A stretch of 64,000 nt of DNA from Bacteroidota bacterium. Lineage in GTDB: Bacteria; Bacteroidota; Bacteroidia; AKYH767-A; 2013-40CM-41-45. A program made the position numbers and the translations under genes. Shown here piece after piece: positions 35,767 through 46,086 of the stretch; position 1 is the first letter of the stretch, and every line of letters begins with the position of its first letter. The notes under the pieces are model-generated. The model was not told where the DNA came from and ran no database searches. It was given only the letters and a program-made list of their open reading frames with translations. The DNA lies in NCBI GenBank assembly GCA_031417395.1, contig JANOVM010000026.1, positions 6,567 through 70,566 of the forward strand, read 5' to 3'.

Positions 35767-36188
35767 GGATTGCAAACCGATAGCTATCGGTTCCGCTGTT
35801 AACTAGAGCAGGATTAAAAATCCTGCACAGCGGTGAGTATTTAGTGCAGGATTACAATTTCTACACAGCGGTAATTCACTCTTGCAACAAACTATACTTA
35901 AAAGTACTATTAATACGGACCTGATCTAGTTCCTCATTATATTCCAAAAATCCTATATCTACTAAATTAGATAAGAAGCCTCCTAATACTTGTGAGAATT
36001 TATTGTCAGTAAAATAGAATCCTTTCCAATCTATAAATCTTTCTAGCTGTGCAGGATTGAAAATGCTACACTAAATAATCTTGGATTTGTAATCCCATAA
36101 ATCATCGTTTTGCAGAATTTGTAAATCTTACCGCTGTGCAGGATTTGCAATCCTGCTCTAAATAACTTAGGATTTGCAATCCGCGTAA
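35767..36188. repeat. REP cluster left of the tyrosine transposase
   Basis: GCAGGATT-N-AATCCTGC hairpins with GCTGT/ACAGC tails in both orientations; 36131-36188 is 53/58 identical to 37072-37129; 35767-35792 is identical to 36935-36960. Confidence 0.88.
35876..36043 (-). pseudogene. 3' fragment of an unknown gene captured between REPs
   Basis: 55 codons, ERFIDWKGFYFTDNKFSQVLGGFLSNLVDIGFLEYNEELDQVRINSTFKYSLLQE*, with the 5' end cut at the REP at 36046. Confidence 0.6.
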
Positions 36189-36323
36189 TTAGCTTTTAAT
36201 TTTAAAATATAAAAGTCACTTTAATACTTATATGATGTATTTTAAAATAGTAATTCAGCTTTAATAATTGATATCCATTAAATTCAAATCTATTTTTATG
36301 TTTTGAAAATATTAATTGAATGT

Positions 36324-36929
36324 ATGAACGGACAACACTATAGTATTCGCCCCGAAAAATCCTACTTCATGACCCTTACAGTTGTTGATTGGATAGATGT
36401 TTTTACAAGAGTTAATCATAAAATGTTGCTTATAGATTCTTTAAAGTATTGTCAAAAAGAAAAGGGATTAAACATTTTTGCCTGGTGCCTGATGCCAAGT
36501 CACCTTCATCTAATCGCAAATACAAATGCGAAATTTGAACTTTCAGATGTCATGAGGGATTTCAAAAAATATACGTCCAAAAAATTGGTTGAGCAAATTC
36601 AAGTGGAGCCTGAGAGTAGAAGAGCGTGGATGCTTAATCGATTTGAATATGCAGGGAGGTATAATAATAAAATTAAGTATTTCAAATTCTGGCAGGATGG
36701 AAATCATGCTATTGAAGTGTATAGTGAAAAAGTTACCTGGCAAAAAATAAATTATATACATCAAAATCCTGTTGTCGAAAGGATAGTTTTTAAAGAGGAG
36801 GATTATCTTTTTAGTTCAGCGAGAAATTATTATAATTTACCTTCTGTTTTAAACATTGATTGTATAACACCACCGGTAATTACCGCAGGTATGCCTGGAT
36901 TTTACAAAAATGGATTTGATGAAATTTGA
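36324..36929 (+). mobile_element. REP-associated tyrosine transposase (RAYT, IS200/IS605 TnpA HUH/Y1 family)
   Basis: YFMTLTVVDWIDVFTR, HUH motif MPSHLHLI, FWQDGNH and catalytic Tyr in KINYIHQNPV; flanked by REPs. Confidence 0.92.
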
Positions 36930-36934
36930 TACGA

Positions 36935-37129
36935 GGATTGCAAACCGATAGCTATCGGTTTGTAATCCGCGTAAACTACTTCCCCCGCTGTGCAGGATTT
37001 GTAAACAGTACCGCTGTGCAGGATTTACTGCTGTGCAGGATTTTCCCGCTGTGCAGAATTTGTAAACAGTACCGCTGTGCAGGATTTTCAATCCTGCTCT
37101 AAATAATTGCGGATTTGTAATCCGCGTAA
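36935..37129. repeat. REP cluster right of the tyrosine transposase
   Basis: Five GCTGTGCAG units, a 34-bp near-perfect palindrome (36935-36968) and GCGGATTTGTAATCCGC. Confidence 0.9.
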
Positions 37130-37137
37130 ACTATTTC

Positions 37138-37938
37138 TCAACCACCACCAAATTTCGATTTAACCACATTTAAAAACTCTCCGGCAATATGAGCATTCGT
37201 AGCAATAACCTCCTCACCGAAAATGAAATTATCCGCACCGGAAAAATCAGTAACAATGCCACCTGCTTCTCTCACCAGTAAAACACCACCTGCCACATCC
37301 CATGAATTCAATCCATATTCATAAAATCCTTCAAACCTTCCACAGGCTACATAAGCAAGATCAGCGGCTGCTGAACCGAGTCTGCGTAAGCCATGTGTAT
37401 TGCGCATGCAGTAGTCGAAAATTTCCATGTATGGTTTCATGCGTTCATACTTGTGATAGGGGAAACCTGTAGCAAGAAGTGAATCGGAAAGTGTTTTTAT
37501 TCCGGAAACATAGATTCTTTCACCATTTAAATAGGCCCCGCCGTTTTTCCATCCATAAAAACATTCTGAAAGATTTAATTCATGAACGACACCAATTACC
37601 ATTTCATTGTCTTTCATTAAACCAATACTGATACAAAATATTGGCATTCCATGAATGAAATTAGTAGTACCATCCAAGGGATCTATTATCCAATTGTAGA
37701 TAGGCCCTCTTGAAGTTGAAGTGTTTTCTTCTGTAATGAATCCGGCATCGGGGAGAATTACTTTTAATTCTGCAACAAGCATTTCTTCCGACTTCTTATC
37801 AACGTATGAAACAAGATCGTTGTGGCCTTTTTTCTCTATGAAGCTGTCGTTAAATTTCTTTCTTTCTTCCAGAATGAATTTGCCGACTATGCTTGTCAGT
37901 TTTGTGACTTCAAGACAAATTTCTTTATAATCCTTCAT
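37138..37938 (-). CDS. suhB: Inositol monophosphatase family protein (SuhB-like)
   Basis: WIIDPLDGTTNF, RRLGSAAADL and WDVAGG. Confidence 0.9.
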   Translation of the reverse strand: MKDYKEICLEVTKLTSIVGKFILEERKKFNDSFIEKKGHNDLVSYVDKKSEEMLVAELKVILPDAGFITEENTSTSRGPIYNWIIDPLDGTTNFIHGMPIFCISIGLMKDNEMVIGVVHELNLSECFYGWKNGGAYLNGERIYVSGIKTLSDSLLATGFPYHKYERMKPYMEIFDYCMRNTHGLRRLGSAAADLAYVACGRFEGFYEYGLNSWDVAGGVLLVREAGGIVTDFSGADNFIFGEEVIATNAHIAGEFLNVVKSKFGGG

Positions 37939-39088
37939 TGGTTTTTACTTTTTTCCGAAAATAAAATATGCCGAAAATTCCGGTAAGGATTAAAATAAGC
38001 GAAATTAATTGTGCCTGTGAAAAATCGATGCCCAATAGATGATACTTTGAATTGATTCTGATTTGTTCAATCAAAAATCTTTCAATGCCGTTAAAAAGCA
38101 AATACCAGGAAAAAAGTGCCCCCGGAATATTTATTCTTTTTCGCATCGACCACAAAACAAAAAACAAACCAATGCAAACAATACTTTCATAAAGTGGCGT
38201 TGGAAAAACACTTTCTGCCAGCTGATAACAATGATTACCGGTGCAGCCATCAATTGGAATTCCTTCATTGATTACATTATTGGGATAGCGATAACTCCAA
38301 AACCAATCAGGTAAAAAATTCAAGAAAGAAGGTTTCGGTAAATTATTTACTATTCCCCAGTCACCATCACCGGATAGCTGACATCCCAGTCTTCCTGTTC
38401 CATACGCTAACATTAACCCCGGTGCATTAGAATCGCAAAGCTCGAGAGGAGGGATGTTATTTTTATTTCCATACCACAATACAACTATAGCTCCCACGAT
38501 AAGTCCGCCATACATGGTCAGTCCGCTTCCGCTGAAAAACATGCCGAAAGGATCGGCTGTGAAATCGCTCCAGTATTCCAGCAGGTGGAAAATTTTAGCA
38601 CCCAGCAATCCCCCTAAAGCAGAGGCCATGGTAATTTCCGAAACAAGTTGATGAGGATAAACAAGTTTTTCTGAAACTTCAGGCACTTTTAATTTAACCT
38701 TATTTTTCTCTCTGTATTTTAGAAATACAAACAAAGCACCAAGTAACAGACCTCCTGCAAGGTTCCCCTTTAGGGATAATATTACTTTTTGAGGATTTTC
38801 AAGAAATTCTACATGGTTAAAGAGTACATAAACAATCTTAAATCCAATAAGAAAGCCATAAATGCCATTCCAGAAAAGTTCTCCTGCAGAAGCTGCTTGG
38901 CCTAAAATTTCTTTTTGTAGAAGAGGTTTTAGTCGGCCCATTTTTTCTTTTCTTTTAAGCTCCAGACCAAGTGTGTAAGCTGCAAGTAAAAAAGAAATAG
39001 CCACAAGGGTTCCAAAAGAAGGAGGGAAAGAGGCTGTAAAATGAGTTCCGAAAAAATCGTTTATTAGATCAGAAATGCCTGGATACAT
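37925..39088 (-). CDS. lgt: Prolipoprotein diacylglyceryl transferase family protein
   Basis: GLTMYGGL, GRLGC, FPTPLYE and RFLIEQIR. Confidence 0.82.
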   Translation of the reverse strand: MYPGISDLINDFFGTHFTASFPPSFGTLVAISFLLAAYTLGLELKRKEKMGRLKPLLQKEILGQAASAGELFWNGIYGFLIGFKIVYVLFNHVEFLENPQKVILSLKGNLAGGLLLGALFVFLKYREKNKVKLKVPEVSEKLVYPHQLVSEITMASALGGLLGAKIFHLLEYWSDFTADPFGMFFSGSGLTMYGGLIVGAIVVLWYGNKNNIPPLELCDSNAPGLMLAYGTGRLGCQLSGDGDWGIVNNLPKPSFLNFLPDWFWSYRYPNNVINEGIPIDGCTGNHCYQLAESVFPTPLYESIVCIGLFFVLWSMRKRINIPGALFSWYLLFNGIERFLIEQIRINSKYHLLGIDFSQAQLISLILILTGIFGIFYFRKKVKTNEGL

Positions 39089-39136
39089 AATGTGTTTTTT
39101 GAATTAGTAAATTAATAAAGAAAAAAAATAGATTGA

Positions 39137-40456
39137 TCAGGCTTTTATTTCTGCTGCTTCGTCGGTTGAGATAAAACAATCAGCGGATTCAATTTTTAAT
39201 TTAACCGGAAAATTAACAAGCGTTCGGTCGTAAGGCCTTGTAACTCTAATGTAATTTTCTGTATAACCGGACATCTGTTCATTTTTATTTTCTTCTTCAA
39301 AAAGAACAGTGAACGTTTTGTCCATATTTTCTCTGTAGAATTGATTTCTTTTTTTCTCTGAAAGAATACGAAGCATTTTATTTCTTTTTTTTCTTTCAGC
39401 ATACGGTACTGTTCCCGGCATGGAAGCAGCTTCTGTATTTGGTCTTTCAGAATATGTGAAAACATGTAAATAAGAAATATCCAAATCTTGAATCAAACGA
39501 TATGTCTCCAGAAAATCCTCTTCTGATTCCCCGGGAAAACCAACAATAACATCAGCCCCAATACAGGCATGAGGCATAAGCGCTTTAATTTTATGAACTC
39601 TTTGGGCATAAAGATCTTTTTTGTACCGCCTGTGCATCAATCCAAGTACTTTATTGCTGCCGCTTTGAAGTGGCAGATGAAAATGAGGTGCAAAACGATT
39701 GGATTGAGAAACAAAGGATATAATTTCATCGCTTAACAAATTCGGTTCAATGGATGAAATTCGAAATCGCTCTATGGAATCAAGGGCATCAAGATTTTTA
39801 ATTAAATCTAGAAAACTGCTTTTATGTTCTTTGGAATGACTGTTGAAAATTCCATAATCACCGATATTAACTCCGGTGAGTACTATTTCCAGAATTCCTT
39901 TAGAAGCAAGTTCTTTCGCTTGAGTAATAATATCCTCTATAGAAGCGCTTCGGCTTGCTCCACGAGCCAAAGGAATGGTACAATAGGAGCAAGGGTAGTT
40001 ACAACCGTCCTGAACTTTTAAGAAAGCACGGGTTCTATCACCAAAAGAATAAGCAGGATGAAAAATATCAGCTTCATTAATGGTGCAGGAATGAATTTCA
40101 GCTTTATTCTTTTTGGAAAAGTCTGTGAGATAGGAAGGCAAATTAAATTTTTCTGTAGCCCCTAATACAAGATCGACACCGTCAATTTGTGAAATTTCTT
40201 CAGGCTTTAACTGAGCATAGCAACCAATGACAGCGATAAAAGTATCGGGATTATTCTGTAAGGCTCGTCTGACAATAGTTTTACATTCTTTATCTGCATT
40301 TTCTGTGACGGAGCATGTATTAATTACAACAACATCAGCCCCCTCTTCAAATTCCAATTTTTTAAAGCCCGCGGATTTCAATTGCTTTCCAATAGCTGAT
40401 GTTTCAGCGAAATTAAGTTTACATCCAAGGGTATGAAAGGATACTGTCCGGTTCAT
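39137..40456 (-). CDS. mtaB: tRNA t6A37 methylthiotransferase
   Basis: FHTLGCKLN, INTCSVT, radical SAM CNYPCSYC and YLHVFTYSERP. Confidence 0.93.
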   Translation of the reverse strand: MNRTVSFHTLGCKLNFAETSAIGKQLKSAGFKKLEFEEGADVVVINTCSVTENADKECKTIVRRALQNNPDTFIAVIGCYAQLKPEEISQIDGVDLVLGATEKFNLPSYLTDFSKKNKAEIHSCTINEADIFHPAYSFGDRTRAFLKVQDGCNYPCSYCTIPLARGASRSASIEDIITQAKELASKGILEIVLTGVNIGDYGIFNSHSKEHKSSFLDLIKNLDALDSIERFRISSIEPNLLSDEIISFVSQSNRFAPHFHLPLQSGSNKVLGLMHRRYKKDLYAQRVHKIKALMPHACIGADVIVGFPGESEEDFLETYRLIQDLDISYLHVFTYSERPNTEAASMPGTVPYAERKKRNKMLRILSEKKRNQFYRENMDKTFTVLFEEENKNEQMSGYTENYIRVTRPYDRTLVNFPVKLKIESADCFISTDEAAEIKA

Positions 40457-40499
40457 GCGCGAAAATAAAGATTTATTGTCCGATTAGCTAATTAGAGTA

Positions 40500-41606
40500 T
40501 TACTTATCCATAATTTTCATAAAACATGAAATTGGGTAATGATCGGACAGTTTTTCATTAAAGGTTTTAAATGCTGTAGATTGAATTTTTTTATCATGAA
40601 AAATATAATCAATTCTGAAAGAAGGAAAGGGACCGGCATAGGTTTTTCCTGAACCGCGACCACTTTCCCTGAATGCATCCTTCATATTCGAAGATAGTGT
40701 AGCATAGGTGTAGGACGAAGGAGTATCGTTAAAATCGCCGCACAAAATGACAGGATAAGGGCTTGCATTCATGGAGTCTCGCAACGTTTCTACCTGCTTT
40801 GCTCTTTTCAGAAACGCACGTTTGAGTCGCCGTAGAATGTTGAGTCCTCCTTTCAATTCATCCTGTTCAATATCTTCTTTGTTAAGGTTTTCAATAAACT
40901 TATAATCGGACCAGGCGAAACGAATACTTTGCAGATGTGTATTGAATAAGCGAATAGTATCTTCGCCAACTTTAATATCGCTTATGATTACTGTATTTGC
41001 ACCTTTAGCCTGGAAATGTATAGCATCTTTTCCGACAATTGGAAACTTGCTAAAGGTGGCAATTCCCCAGTGGTCTGTTTTACGAAGGGTAAAAGTATAA
41101 TCAATTTGCGAAAATGGAGTTTGTAGATAGGTGATTAATGTATCTTCATTATTGAAAGAAGTGTTTTTTTTGTCTGAAGAATAAAATTCCTGAAAACAAA
41201 TTATATCCGGATTTTCTTTTTTTAGAAATTCAAAAATGTTTTTTCGAGTTTCTTTATTATGAAACCAGTTGTATAAATTAAACAGCCGGACGTTGAAAGA
41301 CATAACTTTAATGTAACCATTTTTCGTGAGGTTTACTTCTTTATCAGATGAAAAATTTAACTGAACAATACTTGTTATTCTGCCAATGCTTAAAAGAATC
41401 ATGAGCATCGACAGAAACACTCTTTTGTTTCGGCCAATTATCCAATAAATTACATAAATAATATTTAAGACAAAAAGTATTTCAAAAGCTAAACCAAACA
41501 AAGCCAGCCACCAGATTTTTCCTGGACTAACATAAGCTGCAAGCAGTGAAAGAGCCAGTCCGGCAGCTGCAAGAATATTAGTAAGCCAAACTATTTTCCT
41601 GAACAT
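40500..41606 (-). CDS. Endonuclease/exonuclease/phosphatase family membrane protein
   Basis: N-terminal TM helices; SFNV, ICFQE, CGDFND, RIDYI and SDHYP. Confidence 0.92.
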   Translation of the reverse strand: MFRKIVWLTNILAAAGLALSLLAAYVSPGKIWWLALFGLAFEILFVLNIIYVIYWIIGRNKRVFLSMLMILLSIGRITSIVQLNFSSDKEVNLTKNGYIKVMSFNVRLFNLYNWFHNKETRKNIFEFLKKENPDIICFQEFYSSDKKNTSFNNEDTLITYLQTPFSQIDYTFTLRKTDHWGIATFSKFPIVGKDAIHFQAKGANTVIISDIKVGEDTIRLFNTHLQSIRFAWSDYKFIENLNKEDIEQDELKGGLNILRRLKRAFLKRAKQVETLRDSMNASPYPVILCGDFNDTPSSYTYATLSSNMKDAFRESGRGSGKTYAGPFPSFRIDYIFHDKKIQSTAFKTFNEKLSDHYPISCFMKIMDK

Positions 41607-41638
41607 TCAATGTGATTTTCATCGGGTCGAATAAACAT

Positions 41639-42517
41639 TTATTCCTCCTTGCTGACTTTAAATAGAAAATTTTTTTCTTCCTGGGTAAGACTGCCGTAAC
41701 CGGATTTACTTATTTTATCAAGTATTTCGTCCATTCTTTCCTGTTTAGCTTTTTTATCGAGTATAAATTCCTCGTCCATCTTTTTCTTTTTGTGTGCAAC
41801 CTTCATTCTGCTTCCGGAGAAAAAACGATCGAAAAAGTTTGTGAGCCAGGCAGTTAGATCCTGCCCTTTTTGAAGTCTTTTAATATAAATAAAACCGTAA
41901 AGTGCTCCACCCAGATGAGCTATATGTCCACCTGCATTGGAACCGCTTACATTGACAAGATCAAGCAGAATAGAAGCAAGCGCAATCCATTTTAAAGATA
42001 CTGCTCCAAAAAAAAGAAGATTAATTTTATAATCAGGAACCAGAGTAGCAGCTGCAACGGTAATTGCCAGAACACTTGCTGAAGCTCCGAGTGCATATGC
42101 TGAAGGTAATGAGCCTGAAAAAAGCGGAAATAAATTATATGCAGCAATAAAGAAAATAGCTCCTGAAAGTCCCCCGATTAAATAGGTATTTAATAGTTTT
42201 TTGTTGCCAAGATATTCCTGGAAGATCCGGCCCATCCAATACAGCCAAAGCATATTAAATAATATGTGACTTATTTCCCAATGAAAGAACATATAGGTAA
42301 TAATGGTCCAGGGCTTTGTAATGAAAAGAGAAAGGCTCGCCGGTATGGATAATACATCGGCGACATCGACAAACTCAAAAATAGGAGCCAAGAAGAGTCT
42401 TGAAATAGCATTGACAATCCGCAGCACTAAAAAAAGACCAATGTTAATAATTAATAGCCGCTGCAACGTATCGGAAATACGAACTTGTGAACGAAGATTT
42501 TTTAGCGGTGAATTCAT
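41639..42517 (-). CDS. Rhomboid intramembrane serine protease with C-terminal extension
   Basis: HILFNM, GASA and AHLGG; C-terminal DEILDKISKSGYGSLT (DUF6576-like). Confidence 0.92.
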   Translation of the reverse strand: MNSPLKNLRSQVRISDTLQRLLIINIGLFLVLRIVNAISRLFLAPIFEFVDVADVLSIPASLSLFITKPWTIITYMFFHWEISHILFNMLWLYWMGRIFQEYLGNKKLLNTYLIGGLSGAIFFIAAYNLFPLFSGSLPSAYALGASASVLAITVAAATLVPDYKINLLFFGAVSLKWIALASILLDLVNVSGSNAGGHIAHLGGALYGFIYIKRLQKGQDLTAWLTNFFDRFFSGSRMKVAHKKKKMDEEFILDKKAKQERMDEILDKISKSGYGSLTQEEKNFLFKVSKEE

Positions 42518-42524
42518 AACATTT

Positions 42525-43355
42525 TCAAAATTGATCGTCTCTTCTTTGTTTATATTTACTTCTCCAAAAAAGGATAATTATAATACCGGTTACTAATCCG
42601 CCAAGATGTGCAAAATGCGCAACGTTGCCACCGCCTCCTGTTATGCCTGAATACAATTCAATTACACCGTATAGAACAACAACATATTTAGCTTTAACCG
42701 GTATGGCAAAGAATAAATAGAGAAGGCTGTTTGGAAATAACATTCCATACGCCAGAAGAACACCGTATACTGCTCCTGAAGCACCAATTATCACAGGAGC
42801 ATTCAGAAGCTGTGTCATCATTTGAGAAGCATAAGAAATACTCTCTGTTGGAGATAAACCATTTGTATTAACCGCATCATAAAGCTCCTGTCCATACCTG
42901 TATTTAAACGCTTCAGTATTCAGTATATTGGTCATTTGAGCTGTAGATTCAGCATTAATATACGATTTTAAAAATGATATTTCCGGATTTAACTGATAAT
43001 AAACAATTGCATAATGTGCCAAAGCCGCGCCCAGACCGGTAAGTATGTAAAAAATCAGGAAACGTTTGCCTCCCCAAACGTTTTCAACGGCACTTCCAAA
43101 CATGTACAAAGCCAGCATATTCAAAAGTATATGCATGATACTGGTATTATCGTGCATGAACATGTATGTAATGAATTGATAGGCTTTGAACTTTTCAGAC
43201 GAAATGTAATGCAAGCCTAAGACATCTATTAAATCTACCCCTTTTTGCATTAATATCATGGTTGCCAGGTACATGATACCATTGATAATGAGTAAATTCT
43301 TCACTACTTCTGGCAATAAGCGATATCCTGTGGGACGGTAATTTTCGTAGCTCAT
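42525..43355 (-). CDS. Rhomboid intramembrane serine protease
   Basis: HILLNM, GASGAVYG and AHFAHLGG. Confidence 0.92.
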   Translation of the reverse strand: MSYENYRPTGYRLLPEVVKNLLIINGIMYLATMILMQKGVDLIDVLGLHYISSEKFKAYQFITYMFMHDNTSIMHILLNMLALYMFGSAVENVWGGKRFLIFYILTGLGAALAHYAIVYYQLNPEISFLKSYINAESTAQMTNILNTEAFKYRYGQELYDAVNTNGLSPTESISYASQMMTQLLNAPVIIGASGAVYGVLLAYGMLFPNSLLYLFFAIPVKAKYVVVLYGVIELYSGITGGGGNVAHFAHLGGLVTGIIIILFWRSKYKQRRDDQF

Positions 43356-43424
43356 AATTGCTGGATAAGTTCAGCCGGGTTAAAGTTGCTTAAGTTTTGC
43401 AATTCCGAAAAATGGCGAAATTTA

Positions 43425-45209
43425 TTAACTGAAATGGCCTTCTATGAAAGCGGTTTTCAACAAAATCATAAACGGCTTTCCCCCATAGTTTCTTTGAGGA
43501 TCTTCCATTTTAAGGATTTCCTTTACCATCATTTTCATCTCTTGAGCATTCAAAAGTGAGTTTTTTCTTATGGAAATGCTTTTGGCCAGCGAGCGGGCTA
43601 TTTTATCAGGTAATCCTGTTGAAAGGGAACTGGAATTATGTTTAAATTGTTCAACCATGGATTCCAGAATATCTTTTACTTTTCCCGGGTCTACATCAGA
43701 AGGAATTCCATGAATAATGTAGCTATTGGGACCGAATTCCTGAATGTCAAAACCAAGATTCCGTATTTCAATAATAATTTCTTTTACCAATTCATTATCC
43801 CCGGGCGAAAAAGAAATGGTTTGAGGAAAAAGACTTTGTTGAGTAATAACTTCTGAGGAACCCAGTTGATGGAGGAATCGCTTATAAAGAATAATTTCTC
43901 TTGCAGCAGCAATATCAATGACTAAAAGGCCATCATCTTGTGGACAAAGAATAAAATTCTTCATTTGAAATACCTGAAGATCTTTTTCTTCGGGGGCGAA
44001 TAAAGTTTCATTAGTATTGATTTCAAAAGCTTTTTCAATAGTTCCTGATGAAACATCTTTTTGGCTTTGCCAACCTGCTGCAGCAATTTTTTTATTATCG
44101 GAATCAAAAGGATTGAAACCGGTATTGATGGTTAAAGCCGGCTTGGGAACAGCCTGGAAACGCATATTGTAAGGTACATCAAAAGATTTTTCATGCTCAA
44201 AATTAAGGGTTGGCGAAACACTGTACATTCCTAAAGATCGTTTCACAGCAGCCCGCACTATGGCATAGATGGAACGTTCATCATCAAATTTTATTTCTGT
44301 TTTTGTGGGATGAATATTTACATCGATTCGGGAAGGATCAATTTCTATACAAAGCCAATAGGAAGCAAAGCTATCGTGGGGCAAAAGCTCTTCATAAGCT
44401 TTGGTAACGGCATGGTGCAGATAACCGTCTTTTATAAAACGTTTATTGACAAAAAAGAATTGTTCGCCGCGTGTCTTCTTGCTGAATTCGGGTTTTCCAA
44501 TAAAGCCGCTGATGGTTAGGAGGGAAGTAACTTCTTCAACGGGAACAAGCCTTTCATTGTAAACGCTGCCATTAATGGCAACGATACGCTGCCGAAAATT
44601 TGACGAAGCCAGCCGGAAAATATCAATTCCATTCTGATTGAGAGCAAACGATATTTCAGGATTGGCATAAGCTACTCTTTCAAATTCGTCTATTATATGC
44701 CTGGCTTCAATAGAATTTGATTTCAGGAAATTTCGCCTTGCAGGAACGTTATAAAAAAGATTTTTTATGGAAATTGAAGTACCGCCAGGAACACCTGCAG
44801 GCTCTTGTTTTTTCATTTCATTTCCTTCAATTTCAATATAGGTGCCTAGTTCATCTTCGTGGCGGCGGCTTTTTATTTCTACCTGTGAAATCGCAGCTAT
44901 GGAAGCAAGTGCTTCTCCGCGAAAACCCATTGTTAGTATTGAAAATAAATCTTCAGCGTTGCGGATTTTAGATGTTGCATGCCTTTCAAAAGCCATTCTG
45001 GCATCCGACGGACTCATTCCTGAACCATCGTCGATTACCTGTATAAGTGTTTTCCCGGAGTCTTTAATAAAAACTTCAATGCGTTTACTACGCGCATCAA
45101 CTGCATTTTCTAAAAGCTCTTTTACTGCAGAGGCCGGCCTCTGGATTACCTCTCCCGCTGCTATTTGATTGGCAACAGCATCCGGTAATAGCTGAATAAT
45201 ATCAGGCAT
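43425..45209 (-). CDS. mutL: DNA mismatch repair protein MutL
   Basis: NQIAAGEVIQRP, KELLENAVDA, GFRGEALASI and DVNIHPTKTE. Confidence 0.97.
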   Translation of the reverse strand: MPDIIQLLPDAVANQIAAGEVIQRPASAVKELLENAVDARSKRIEVFIKDSGKTLIQVIDDGSGMSPSDARMAFERHATSKIRNAEDLFSILTMGFRGEALASIAAISQVEIKSRRHEDELGTYIEIEGNEMKKQEPAGVPGGTSISIKNLFYNVPARRNFLKSNSIEARHIIDEFERVAYANPEISFALNQNGIDIFRLASSNFRQRIVAINGSVYNERLVPVEEVTSLLTISGFIGKPEFSKKTRGEQFFFVNKRFIKDGYLHHAVTKAYEELLPHDSFASYWLCIEIDPSRIDVNIHPTKTEIKFDDERSIYAIVRAAVKRSLGMYSVSPTLNFEHEKSFDVPYNMRFQAVPKPALTINTGFNPFDSDNKKIAAAGWQSQKDVSSGTIEKAFEINTNETLFAPEEKDLQVFQMKNFILCPQDDGLLVIDIAAAREIILYKRFLHQLGSSEVITQQSLFPQTISFSPGDNELVKEIIIEIRNLGFDIQEFGPNSYIIHGIPSDVDPGKVKDILESMVEQFKHNSSSLSTGLPDKIARSLAKSISIRKNSLLNAQEMKMMVKEILKMEDPQRNYGGKPFMILLKTAFIEGHFS

Positions 45210-45303
45210 CTTCCCACAAAATTTTCACCCGCTAATTTCCGAATTTTTATTAGAAGTACCATCATATTTGATGTTTTTTCTTTGATTGCAGTACGGTCAT
45301 TTT

Positions 45304-45388
45304 TTAGTACTTAGTACTTAACACTTTGCATTAATACTCCATACTTTACCATTTCATCTAAGTACTAAGTACTAAATACTAAGTACTA
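45304..45388. repeat. TTAGTAC / TAAGTAC heptamer arrays in inverted arrangement
   Basis: ttagtacttagtacttaacact ... ctaagtactaagtactaaatactaagtact. Confidence 0.82.
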
Positions 45389-46036
45389 CTTAAGCCTATC
45401 CTTAAAAACCTTCTTAAACTTCTCAACTTTCGGTGCAACAACAAACTGACAATAGGGTTGGTCGCCGTTTTGGTTGAAATAGTTTTGGTGATAGTCTTCC
45501 GCTTTGTAGAAAACTGAAAAGGGAGCGATTTCAGTAACAATTGGCTCTTTATAAGCACCTGATTTATCAAGATCTTTTTTGATTTGCTCTGCAAGTTGAT
45601 GCTGTTCTTCATTATGATAAAAAATAACGGATCGGTATTGAGTACCAATATCATTTCCCTGACCATTAAGTTGTGTTGGGTCGTGAGATAAAAAGAAAGC
45701 TTGTAAAATATCTGAGTAGTTTAGTTTAGTAGAATCGAAAACAACCTGCACCACTTCAGCATGGCCTGTGGTTCCGTTGCAAACTTCTTTATAGGAAGGG
45801 TTCTTAACTGTTCCTCCGGAAAATCCGGAGGTTACGCTTACAACCCCATCCAGTATTTGATATTGTGCTTCTGTGCACCAGTAACAACCGCCGCCAATGG
45901 TAGCAGTATCAAGTTTTGAAATGTCTGTTGGTTTTTCTGTCATAGCTATTTTAGGTTGAAATTTTTTTTCCTGTGCGCATGAGGCTAAACACAATGCAAG
46001 CAAGGCAAGTGAAGTAATAAATAGTCCGGATTTCAT
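45386..46036 (-). CDS. msrA: Peptide methionine sulfoxide reductase A, probably exported
   Basis: GGGCYWCTE, GTTGHAEVV and AEDYHQNY; lipoprotein-like signal LASC. Confidence 0.95.
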   Translation of the reverse strand: MKSGLFITSLALLALCLASCAQEKKFQPKIAMTEKPTDISKLDTATIGGGCYWCTEAQYQILDGVVSVTSGFSGGTVKNPSYKEVCNGTTGHAEVVQVVFDSTKLNYSDILQAFFLSHDPTQLNGQGNDIGTQYRSVIFYHNEEQHQLAEQIKKDLDKSGAYKEPIVTEIAPFSVFYKAEDYHQNYFNQNGDQPYCQFVVAPKVEKFKKVFKDRLK

Positions 46037-46086
46037 TTCTGTAAAGATAAGAAAGTCTTAGTCGACGAATTACCTTTTGCAAAAAA

